This document shows, piece after piece, positions 20,500-29,790 of a stretch of 64,000 nucleotides of DNA. Under the pieces are notes generated by a model. That model did not search any database and was not told the origin of the DNA. It saw nothing but the letters and a program-made list of their open reading frames with translations. Both the position numbers and the translations under genes were made by a program. Each line of letters opens with the position of its first letter. Within the stretch, counting starts at the first letter, position 1. This DNA is from Planctomycetales bacterium (lineage in GTDB: Bacteria; 4484-113), in NCBI GenBank assembly GCA_037441675.1, contig JBBIRS010000002.1:231249-295248 (forward strand), given 5' to 3'.

Positions 20500-21795
20500 G
20501 TGAAAAGTAAGTTCAAACGTTTTACGAAAATTGCTTTTATATCATTTATCGTAGCATCTGGCATCATTCTCAGTGCCTGTCAAGATGGAAAAGACAGAAA
20601 GCAAGCCCAAGATGAAGTTGGCGGATTAAATAAAACTGAGCTTCTTTTTTGGGGGATAAAAGATGGTGAATTGACGCTCTTCTCTAGTTCTGGAATTGCA
20701 AGGAAAGTCGAAAGGCTTAAAGGAAAAATAGTTACAGATTTTAAGCTTCAAGGAAATACCCTTTATGTTTCCACCGCCGGCGAGTTTGCAATTCTAAACG
20801 AAGATAACACTGAAGTAATCAATGTTGTTCCAAAAGATGATACAACCAAAATATATATAAACGACCTTGAGGTTTCCGAAGATAATAATTCAGCGCTTCT
20901 AGCTGGATTCAATCCCAGTTCAAAGATAAACCAAACTTTCCTAAAAGTGTTGTCAATTCGCTCTAAGGAGATTGTGAATGTGTCTCTAAGGGACTATCAG
21001 CGGAGTTTGGCGGTGTGGGAATTGGGCTCAATAATTGAAGATAAAGATGTTGTATGCTTCCTCGTGAATTTATTTGATCCCGATAACGGAAACATTTTGT
21101 TAAGGGTAGGCATTGATGGGAGAAGTGAACAGATATGGGAGAGCGCGAATGTTCCTGGTGTGGGGAAGGCAGGGGAAATTGAAGATTACAAAGAAGGCGA
21201 AATATTATCAGCAACGCTTAGTGACTTTATTCCGTTTAATAATGGCGTATTTCTCTTTCTTTCCTTGCTTAGCCCTGATGGAATAGCTCAGAGTGAGGCT
21301 TGGAATCTCAATATAGAAGAAGGGATAATAAAAGACAAGATTAAACTTTCCTCAGAAAAAGAGCAAGAAGAAGAGCAAATCTTTCTAGATGTTGATTTTT
21401 CGGTTCAAGGCGAGAAATTATTTTTCACCCGCTTGTCTACGGATACTTCATCTAAATACGCAGTATCAAACGACAAAGTGCAGGATGTTAACTCAGCCAA
21501 TACCAATGAAAACTTCATCCTTAAACTAGTTGAATTTAACTTAAATTCCAAAGAGCAGAAGGAGCTTAAAACCTTCAAGTTAAATGAGTATTCTAAAGAA
21601 GAATTTTACAGTTCAAAAATATTTCCCCAAGATCAAATCCTTATTCTCATATATAAGGAAAATAATGGCTACTTAGCAATTCCTTTAAGTTTTGGAGGAG
21701 AAGTTCTAGCAGAAGCTTTTAATCTGGATAAACCAAAAGTACTATTGATTAATGAGCAGTTAAATTTCTTACTGGATAAGCAGGAGAGAGGATAA
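20500..21795 (+). CDS. Hypothetical lipoprotein, possibly beta-propeller
   Basis: Lipobox LSAC; 431 aa; AT-rich; short beta-strand repeats. Confidence 0.7.
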   Translation: MKSKFKRFTKIAFISFIVASGIILSACQDGKDRKQAQDEVGGLNKTELLFWGIKDGELTLFSSSGIARKVERLKGKIVTDFKLQGNTLYVSTAGEFAILNEDNTEVINVVPKDDTTKIYINDLEVSEDNNSALLAGFNPSSKINQTFLKVLSIRSKEIVNVSLRDYQRSLAVWELGSIIEDKDVVCFLVNLFDPDNGNILLRVGIDGRSEQIWESANVPGVGKAGEIEDYKEGEILSATLSDFIPFNNGVFLFLSLLSPDGIAQSEAWNLNIEEGIIKDKIKLSSEKEQEEEQIFLDVDFSVQGEKLFFTRLSTDTSSKYAVSNDKVQDVNSANTNENFILKLVEFNLNSKEQKELKTFKLNEYSKEEFYSSKIFPQDQILILIYKENNGYLAIPLSFGGEVLAEAFNLDKPKVLLINEQLNFLLDKQERG

Positions 21796-21830
21796 TAATA
21801 ATTAGAGATGATGAATGCTGAACGCATCCG

Positions 21831-22697
21831 TTATTTACATCTCTCTATATAATCAGAAATTGCAATCGTAAGGGGTGGGAGAGGAGCGAGCCCAAGGGAA
21901 AGATAGCGTTCAAGGGAGAGGATTGCGCGTCTTGGACGTGGAGCATCTCGGAGATAATCCTGCGCTTTTACTGGTATGAGCCTATCCTTAGGTATACCAA
22001 GTCTTTCCAGGTAGAGCTGTGCCCAATCATAGTATGTCAGAATGTCAGTTCCTCGTAGGTGATATATACGTCTCGCAGCTGAATTGAGAAGATTCAGCAC
22101 GGCTTCTGCGAGAAAGGGCGCGTAGGTTGGTGTGGCAAATTCATCATTGACGACTTTTATCGCTAATTCTGTATCCAGCTTTTCCCTAATTGCTGCAAGG
22201 AAATTTCTGCCACCGGGAGCGAATACCTGCGCAGTCCGTATCACCAACGAATTCTCATACTCAAGCGCGTAAAACTCGCCCGCCAGCTTGCTTCTGCCGT
22301 AAGCGTTTATCGGCTCAGGTATCTCATCCTCAGAATATTCGCCATCATCCTTCCCGGGAAAGACATAATCCGTGGAAAAATAAATGATCCTAGCTCCTAC
22401 CTCTCTTGCTCCTAGTGTAACATGTTCAGTTCCCGTAGCATTCACGAGCATCGCCTCTTCGGGGTTCCTCTCGCAGTAGTCCACCTTTGTAAGGGCTGCG
22501 GTATGATAAATCACCGTTGGGCGGCATTCCCGAATAACCTTTTTCACGCTGAAAAGGTCGGTAATGTCCATTTCGACTCTACCGATTGTGCGAACATTAG
22601 CCAGCCCGCGCTTCTCCAGCGCACAAGCCAGCGCAGTGCCGAGTTGCCCCTTGCCGGTGATGAGAATTCTTTCCTCTGCGTGAATTCCGATTTGCAC
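21831..22697 (-). CDS. rfbD: dTDP-4-dehydrorhamnose reductase
   Basis: ILITGKGQLG, AALTKVDYCE, STDYVF, YGRSK (YxxxK), PTY. Start placed at GTG 22697, 7 nt after TAAAAT (ORF track starts at 22748). Confidence 0.92.
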   Translation of the reverse strand: MQIGIHAEERILITGKGQLGTALACALEKRGLANVRTIGRVEMDITDLFSVKKVIRECRPTVIYHTAALTKVDYCERNPEEAMLVNATGTEHVTLGAREVGARIIYFSTDYVFPGKDDGEYSEDEIPEPINAYGRSKLAGEFYALEYENSLVIRTAQVFAPGGRNFLAAIREKLDTELAIKVVNDEFATPTYAPFLAEAVLNLLNSAARRIYHLRGTDILTYYDWAQLYLERLGIPKDRLIPVKAQDYLRDAPRPRRAILSLERYLSLGLAPLPPLTIAISDYIERCK

Positions 22698-22800
22698 GGA
22701 GGTAATTTTAGTCCTCAGCAAAGCTCCTGCGCAAATTGAACTTTCCACCGCCTTTTTGGTCTAATAAAATTGCTTATTCTCAAGATTTGGAGGATTTGAA

Positions 22801-23613
22801 ATGAAAACGAGACTTCTGCTGATGCTAATGGGGGTTTTGGCGTTTCTTACCTCTTCTGCTCCCCATGCAAACGAGGAATGGGAAAGTCTGTCCGCCGATA
22901 GTGCGCTCATCAGGCAGGCGTAGACGAATGCGCTTATAATTCAGCTTGCCATTGAACGCTACAATCAGGATAAGGGCTACTACCCCGAGTATCTCATCGG
23001 CGGCGATAACGGTTTCTACTTTGAGCTTGAGTACCTCGGCAAGTTAAAGGATGGCGAGGCGCCGATTGACCCACTCATCACTGAGGATTACTTCAGCGAA
23101 TACCCGCTCAACCCGTTTGCGGTGGTGACGCTTTCAGGTTCGCAGGTTTATCCGAACCCCCTAACCCTTTGGCAGGACGCTCACAACGACCCCTACCGTG
23201 TCATACCAAACGTTCAAGGCTTAAACTACCGCTTCGGCAAGCTCTCCCTATCAATGGGCAACGTAATGGATGACCCACGTTTCGGTCAGGCGGGCTTTGG
23301 CTACCAGTGCTGGAACGTAGAAGGTTTAACGTGGTCGGAACGTGCACGGCTCGCGGGTAACTTCTTCTACAAGAGCTTCACGCCAAAAGGCGTAGACCAT
23401 CCCACCTGCTACATCTTTGGGATTTACGGACCTCCCGGCTGGCTTGGGCAGGACGTTATCGGCAAAGCTCACGCAGGACTTGAGGAGTACGCTAGCGCAC
23501 CTGAGGGAAGCGGACGCCCTTTCAGCTTGACCGCTGACGATAAACTCGCCTTTGGCAATCCAGATGGCGAGCGCGACGGCTTGATGATGGTCTTAACCAG
23601 CGTTTCCTCGTAG
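22801..23613 (+). pseudogene. Exported pseudopilin/GspG-like protein interrupted by a single in-frame TAG
   Basis: GGAGG RBS, ATG 22801, signal peptide, TAG at 22921-22923, then TNALIIQLAIERYNQDKGYYP (GspG/pilin alpha1-C-like). The frame continues into ORF 23122-23613. Confidence 0.65.
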
Positions 23614-23743
23614 GGCGGAGTCTCCCCTCCACCCCGGCATCTTCCCCCTGTAGTGCGGGTTCACACTGAAATGTTCACTCTGTATGGCTGAGGGTTTGCT
23701 CCCGCCGTTCTTGCTGTAAGGCGGGCAAGCCGTGTGCACTACA
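23610..23743. repeat. REP/REPIN-like cluster (GTAG plus hairpin, inverted pair)
   Basis: GTAGGGCGGAG..CTCCACCC hairpin at 23610. ctgtatggctgagggtttgctcccgcc (23680-23706) matches 3674-3700 at 22/27. An inverted copy ends in ctaca at 23743. Confidence 0.65.
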
Positions 23744-23831
23744 AGAATATCTCAGCACTCTAGAGTAAATTCTCAGTGATGGGTCTACCATCAATCCCAC
23801 GCTGGATTGACCTGATGAGCGCAGTAGTAAT

Positions 23832-24347
23832 TTAACCCCCGGCGCTATCCACCCTCTGCACCTCCTGCTCTGGGTTATTCCGTTTAACTTCTTCAATCCA
23901 TTCCTCTATAGCTTTTCCTTCAAGCTTAATGCCAGGGGCAATTTCCCCCATTGGAATTAATACAAAGAGCCTTTCCTTCGCGCGCGGATGCGGAACTACA
24001 AGCTCAGCGGAAACCACCGTGTACTTTCCATACATTATGATGTCAATGTCTATCGTTCTGTCTTCGGGAAGCTTTTCTTTTATTTCATTCCTATCCCTTC
24101 TTCCAAGATAATATTCAATCTTCTTTATTTCCTCAAGCAACTGAATAGCAGATAGGACGGTTGAAAGTTTTACCACGCAGTTAAGAAATGAATTCTGGGT
24201 TTTCATCCCCACTGGAGAAGTCTCATATAGAGAAGATTTCTTTGTAACCGCGGTTCTGGGTAGAGCTCTAAGCATTTCTATCGCAGTTTCTATATAACTT
24301 TTTCTCTCACCCAGATTACTGCCGAGAGATAAATAACAATCGTACAT
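23832..24347 (-). CDS. folK: 2-amino-4-hydroxy-6-hydroxymethyldihydropteridine pyrophosphokinase
   Basis: YLSLGSNLG, SSLYETSP, FLNCV, RTIDIDI, PHPR..ER.FVL.P; start at ATG 24347. Confidence 0.94.
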   Translation of the reverse strand: MYDCYLSLGSNLGERKSYIETAIEMLRALPRTAVTKKSSLYETSPVGMKTQNSFLNCVVKLSTVLSAIQLLEEIKKIEYYLGRRDRNEIKEKLPEDRTIDIDIIMYGKYTVVSAELVVPHPRAKERLFVLIPMGEIAPGIKLEGKAIEEWIEEVKRNNPEQEVQRVDSAGG

Positions 24348-24502
24348 AAAATTGCACCCAAAATTATATACTATATTTCGAAGTATGATTAGGGCTATAT
24401 GAGCTTTTCTAATAAACCTTATCTCGGAAGTCATTTAGCTAATAGACTTCTTGCTCTTTCAATTACTTTGCTCATTTATCAGCCTTGGGTATCATAATAT
24501 AA

Positions 24503-26470
24503 GTGGAGAGTCGATGGGAAAGTATAATCTCAGCCATTCCCGAATCCTGCGGGGTTTACGAGTTCAAGGATGCTCGGAAGAAAATCTTGTACGTTGGCAA
24601 GGCGGTGAACTTGCGGGCACGAGTCCGTTCATACTTTACCGACTCGTTTATCAAATCGCCAAAGGTTCGGAAACTTGTTGAGCGCGCTCGCGATGTTTCC
24701 TACATTCTCACCAAGAACGAGTTTGATGCGCTTGTGCTGGAGGCGAATCTCATCAAGCAGTTCAGGCCTGAGTTTAATGTCCTGATGAAGGATGATAAGA
24801 GCTTTCCCTACATTCACCTGACGAATGAGCCCTATCCCCGCGTTGTGATAACTCGAAGGTATGAACCAAAGCGGGGGGAATACTGGGGACCTTTCACCTC
24901 GCTACACCACGTTCGCCATGCGGTGAGGTTCGTTGCGGGGCTTTTGGGCGTCCGGACCTGCAAGCTTGAGATTGACGGTAAAAAGTTTTATGACCGCCCC
25001 TGCATAGATTATCACTTGAAGCTTTGCACTGCGCCCTGCGTGAATTACGTCAGCAGAGAAGATTACCTCACCCAGTGTAAAGCACTCTCCAGTTTCTTCA
25101 TGGGTAAATACGGTGACGTTAGAAAAATGCTCGAGGAGCGAATGAAGGATGCATCTATGAAACTTGCCTACGAATCAGCCGCGCATTACCGCGATCTCCT
25201 TAAGAGCATTGACCGAGTGATTCAAAAGACTCAGGTCTTAGGCAAGCCTTCGGATGAGCTTGACGCAATCGGGATTTGCGTTTTCGGTGATGATTTGATG
25301 GCGCTCGTTATGCAGGTGCGGGAGGGCAAGCTCGTTGGTGACAGGGAGTTCGTTTTAAAAAACGAGCTTGGTGAAACTATAAAAGACATCCTAGAAAATT
25401 TCATTAAGCTCTACTACTTCCCTCCACAGAACATCCCGCGAGAGATTCTGCTTCCAATGGAGCCTACAAATTTAGAACTCCTTGAGAAGTTTCTGGCAAT
25501 GCAGAAAAAGGGAAGCGTGAAAATTTTAGTTCCTAAACGCGGATACAAATCAGAAATCCTTGAGTTAGCTGAAAAAAACGCGGTAGAGCGAATGCGAAAG
25601 TATAAAATCAGAGGCGAGCGCAAGGCGGAGCCGGGCGAGGCGGAGCGGATCCTTCAGGATTTGTTTAATCTTTCAGTGTTACCAATTAGGATTGAAGGCT
25701 ACGACATCAGCAACATCCGTGGCAAGCAGGCGACAGGCTCAATGGTGGTGTTTATAAATGGCAAGCCTGATCCGAAGGAGTACCGCCTGTTCAACATCAA
25801 ACTAAAGGAAACGCCGGATGATTTTGCAATGATGCGGGAGGTTCTCAGGCGGAGGTTAGTGAGGATGATGACAGATGAGAAGTGGCAGGCGGTCCCTGAC
25901 CTCGTCCTCCTTGACGGCGGAAAGGGGCAGGTAACCGCTGTGCTCGGCGTGGTGAGGGAGCTTCAGGAAGACCCAGGCTTCTCAACCGAGCAGAAGTCGC
26001 ATTTCAATGAAATTAAGTTTGTTGGGCTTGCCAAGGCGGAGGAAATCCTCATTGACACGCTTGAAAACAACGACGATGGCAGTGAAAAGTGTAGTGAGGG
26101 GTTCAGGGAAATTAAGCTAGACGAGACGAATCCGGGGCTATCGCTTCTCGTGAAGGTTCGCGATGAGGCGCACAGGTTTTGCAGGAAACTCCACCTCGCA
26201 CGTCGTCAGAAAGCAGTTTACCACTCCGCATTGGATGAGGTTGAGGGCGTAGGTCAGGCGAAACGCAAGCGTCTGCTTGCTAAGTTCGGAAGCATTGCTA
26301 AGATGCGGGAGGCAGGCGTGGAGGAAATTGCAAAGGTCCCTGGCATTGGCTTGAACCTGGCACAGCGCATCTACGCGAAGCTGTTGGAGGAGTCCTTTAT
26401 GGAGATCGCGGTTGAGGAGATGAAAATAAAGCGCGTCATTCGCCTCAAGCGCGTCACCCCAAAGGAGTGA
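24503..26470 (+). CDS. uvrC: Excinuclease ABC subunit C
   Basis: GIY-YIG (GVY...YVGKAVNLR.RV.SYF), Cys-rich region, RIEGYDISN, DGGKGQ, RDEAHRF, C-terminal HhH pair. Confidence 0.97.
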   Translation: MESRWESIISAIPESCGVYEFKDARKKILYVGKAVNLRARVRSYFTDSFIKSPKVRKLVERARDVSYILTKNEFDALVLEANLIKQFRPEFNVLMKDDKSFPYIHLTNEPYPRVVITRRYEPKRGEYWGPFTSLHHVRHAVRFVAGLLGVRTCKLEIDGKKFYDRPCIDYHLKLCTAPCVNYVSREDYLTQCKALSSFFMGKYGDVRKMLEERMKDASMKLAYESAAHYRDLLKSIDRVIQKTQVLGKPSDELDAIGICVFGDDLMALVMQVREGKLVGDREFVLKNELGETIKDILENFIKLYYFPPQNIPREILLPMEPTNLELLEKFLAMQKKGSVKILVPKRGYKSEILELAEKNAVERMRKYKIRGERKAEPGEAERILQDLFNLSVLPIRIEGYDISNIRGKQATGSMVVFINGKPDPKEYRLFNIKLKETPDDFAMMREVLRRRLVRMMTDEKWQAVPDLVLLDGGKGQVTAVLGVVRELQEDPGFSTEQKSHFNEIKFVGLAKAEEILIDTLENNDDGSEKCSEGFREIKLDETNPGLSLLVKVRDEAHRFCRKLHLARRQKAVYHSALDEVEGVGQAKRKRLLAKFGSIAKMREAGVEEIAKVPGIGLNLAQRIYAKLLEESFMEIAVEEMKIKRVIRLKRVTPKE

Positions 26471-26474
26471 GCGG

Positions 26475-26616
26475 CTGTAGGACGGATTTACACTGAAGGG
26501 TTAACCTTTAGGGCGAGGACCTGTGCCCCGCCGTCTTGGCGCGATACGACTTCGCGCCCTACAGATAATTCTTCCGCTATTGCGATTTTGATTTGCACGG
26601 ACATTCTCGTCCGTGC
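26475..26616. repeat. REP/REPIN-like cluster
   Basis: ctgtag (26475) ... ctacag (26564) bracket the unit. On the minus strand GTAG-GGCGCGA-7nt-TCGCGCC is a perfect hairpin (26538-26562). Shares ctgtag..acactgaa..tt.ac with 23648-23680. Extra hairpin GCACGGAC-attctc-GTCCGTGC at 26595-26616. Confidence 0.7.
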
Positions 26617-26757
26617 CAAATTGCTCAGACATTTCTTTATGTACCACTATCGTCATTTAGTCTACGCAAAGAAACGTTGAAGTATTCGGGGTAAATACTT
26701 ATCATCAAAGCCACATCTCTCATTAGTTACGCTTATTCTTTCTTAGTACCAGAATAT

Positions 26758-27681
26758 TTAGTACCAGAGCCTCCCATAATTCTTCTTGGCATATTCAAGA
26801 GCTTCACCAGATAGTGGCTCCCGCTTAAGTTTTTTTAGGCCTGTAATCGCATCTTTAAGCCCCGTGAAAAACTCACGCAGTTTCAGCTCTCGCACCGCTT
26901 GGAGACCGAAAAATGCTGTCCAAAACGTGATGTAAGTTAGAATGTAAGGAAAGGGAATATGTTTGTAGCAGAGTAAAATGCGATTTCTAATATAGTAGTA
27001 GAGTTCCCCCCTTTTGCTTCCACTGCTTACAACAGATTTCTCTGGGAAGTGATGGGCAATTGCTTCTGGGCAGTAAAGAATTTCCAGGCCACTTTTAATT
27101 GCTCTATATGCGAAGTCTAGCTCTTCACCTCCAAAAACTAGCCCGGAGTGATAGTTCCCCACCTTTTCATAGGCGTCCCTGCTGATGGCGTGAAGTGCGC
27201 CTATATAGTAGGAAACCTTTGTGGCTCGGTTTACAATTTCGGGATCCTTTCTGATTTCTTTCTTGCTGAAGGGCACCTGGAAGTTATACTTCACATCTCT
27301 ATGATTAATAATCTTAGTTGCCAATATCCCCAATTTGGGGTTCTTTTCAAAAGTATCCACTATTCTTTTGAGGGTCAATTTGTCGTCAAGGGTAGCATCA
27401 TCATCTATTATCACAAAGTATTTCCCAGAAGCGCTTGCCATCAGCAGGTTTCTTCCATCTGCGACGCCAAGTTGAGTGTCACTTCTAATGCACCTTAATC
27501 GAATGTCCGTAATTTTCTCCTTTACCCGAGCACATACATCATGCTTCACCGAGCAATCATCTAAGACAATAACCTCAAGGTTCGGGTAATCTGAAGCGAG
27601 AACACTTTCCAGGCAACGCAATAGGGTATCTGGTCTCTCCCGAGTATTTATTAGTACTGAAACAAGTGGATGCTCTTCCAT
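26758..27681 (-). CDS. Glycosyltransferase family 2
   Basis: VSVLINTRER, VIVLDDCS, GRN, IIDDDA (DxD), GGEELDF. Confidence 0.92.
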   Translation of the reverse strand: MEEHPLVSVLINTRERPDTLLRCLESVLASDYPNLEVIVLDDCSVKHDVCARVKEKITDIRLRCIRSDTQLGVADGRNLLMASASGKYFVIIDDDATLDDKLTLKRIVDTFEKNPKLGILATKIINHRDVKYNFQVPFSKKEIRKDPEIVNRATKVSYYIGALHAISRDAYEKVGNYHSGLVFGGEELDFAYRAIKSGLEILYCPEAIAHHFPEKSVVSSGSKRGELYYYIRNRILLCYKHIPFPYILTYITFWTAFFGLQAVRELKLREFFTGLKDAITGLKKLKREPLSGEALEYAKKNYGRLWY

Positions 27682-27872
27682 TGTAAGTTCGAAAATGGAG
27701 AAATTATCAAACTGACAATTTTATCAGAATTTAGCCCACAATTTTCCAGAGGTGGTAGAGTACGAAAGATAATTTAGATTGCAAAAGTAAAGTAGCGTTA
27801 GAAAATTTCGTCAGGCTATGGATAATACATCTGATATAATCTACCTTTAGCTTAACCTCTCTCTACTACCAA

Positions 27873-28535
27873 ATGGAAAGCAATAATACTGGCAGCCGGA
27901 ATGGGAACAAGACTGGGCATGGATTTGCCCAAAAGCCTTATCAAGCTGAAGACTGGAAAAACTATCCTTGAGCACCAATTAGAAAATCTACAGAAGCACA
28001 TTTCACTGCAAGATATAAGGATTATGGTGGGATATAAGTCGGAGATGATTAACGCTCTTTACCCCGACATAAAGTGTGTCAAGAACGAATCTTTCGAAAC
28101 AACCAACACTGCACGCAGTTTACTGCTTGGCTTAAGGGTAATGAAAATGAGGATATTCTCTAGCTAAACTGCGACGTGGTATTTGACCATAAAATTATTG
28201 AAAGGCTAGTCACAAAGCCATTTTCCTGCATGGCGGTAAACACATCATCCGTAGGGGAAGAGGAAATCAAGTATTTAGTGAATGATGATGGATCAATTTG
28301 AGCAGTTTCAAAGGATATTTCTCATGCACTGGGAGAAGCGGTTGGCATAAACTTTGTTAAAGCTTGCAACTTTTCTTTGCTAAGGAATGGCTTAATTAAC
28401 TGCTCAGCCACAGATTATTTTGAGAAAGGTATTGAGTTAGCTATAAAAAACGGATTAAAGATATATCCGCTTGATGTTACCGACCTCAATTGTGTTGAAG
28501 TGGACTTCCCCCAAGACCTTGAGTATGCGAATACT
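27873..28535 (+). pseudogene. Phosphocholine cytidylyltransferase (LicC-like)/NTP-transferase, disrupted
   Basis: KAIILAAGMGTRLG..PKSL; frameshift right after ATG 27873 and near 28140; in-frame TAG 28161 (DIL*LNCDVVFD) and TGA 28299; ends CVEVDFPQDL. End coordinate approximate. Confidence 0.8.
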
Positions 28536-29705
28536 TTTGGCTTTTTCCCTCGCAACCCTAGAATCTGGGCATTTGGTGTTATCGTGGGGAAACGATCTGA
28601 GATAACTCAAAGTATCTTTATCTTCACCTCTCAAAGTACCACAAAGATACAGTAACGCTAGTACGGATATCAAGAAACAGGAATCTCGTGAAAAAGCTCG
28701 TAAACCAGGGTTCCCGCGAGGAATACTCTATTCCCTTAAGGGAATACTCCTCGCCTTAACAAGCAAAGTATTGTTCTTTACCCACATGTTAGCTCGTATA
28801 TCCTTTTGGCTATCTCGGCGCGCACTTAAAGTAGAGCTTTGGCACAGTATACCCTTAAAGGCAATACAATGGGACTCTAAGGTTGAACGATTTGCAGCAA
28901 CTGGGATTCTCTTTCTCATCTATAAACTATTTACGCAACGGGCCCATGAAAAGGAAGAACTTTACGCTGCGCCATCTGAAGCTATACGAGACATTTTCCT
29001 TTCAGCCCTTCGTGCGAGAAGAGAAAGCATATTAATTGCGGGACTTCCCAGAAACGATTCACTATTCAATCTGCCGGATGGCTTTTTAATTGGGGGGATG
29101 AAACCGCCTATGAAAGTCTCAAGAAAGCTAAAGAAAATAATAAAAACATCATTTTGTACATGCCAACTTTTAGAGATGTGCAGCGAACAAAGCACAATCC
29201 CGAGATAGAAATGGGGGAATTCGCAGAATATTAAATTGAGCTTAACGCAGTTCTCGCAGTGAAACCTCATCAGAGCAAGATTGAAATCATTTCCCCCTTT
29301 CAAGAGAAAAATGTTGTTTTTATAAATCCGCTTTCAGACCCTTACCCATTTCTTACGCTGGCTGATGTGCTTATTACAGATTATTCTTCTGTGTATTTTG
29401 ACTTCTTGCTTCTTAATAAGCCAATTATTTTTTATCCGTATGACTATGATGAATATGTAAAATACTGTAGAAGATTTTATTTTGATTATTTCTCCTTTAC
29501 TCCTGGCGAAAAGGCCTACACAATTAAAGATTTGTTGCTAGCGCTGAAATCCTGTTTGGCTTCAAGTACAGAATATATGAAGCATTTTGAAAGAGAAAGG
29601 CAAAACGTTCTCAATGTCTACTATGAGAGTGAGAGTATTTGCTCCCGTGCTTCAGAGCGAATTTATGAGCATGTTTACTCGCTTCCCTTCGGAAAAACGC
29701 CCTGA
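28536..29705 (+). pseudogene. CDP-glycerol glycerophosphotransferase (TagF/TagB family), frameshifted
   Basis: Motifs spread over three frames: PRNPRIWAFG, DNSKYLY, LWHSIPLK, GLPRND, ILYMPTFRD, KPH, DVLITDYSSVYFDFLLLNKPIIFY. Start approximate. Confidence 0.85.
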
Positions 29706-29790
29706 ACAAATAGAACTTGCTTAGAATAATCGGCTTGCTGAATAAGCCCATCATAAGATGGATTAACTTGACCTTGCCCAGTTATAAGGA

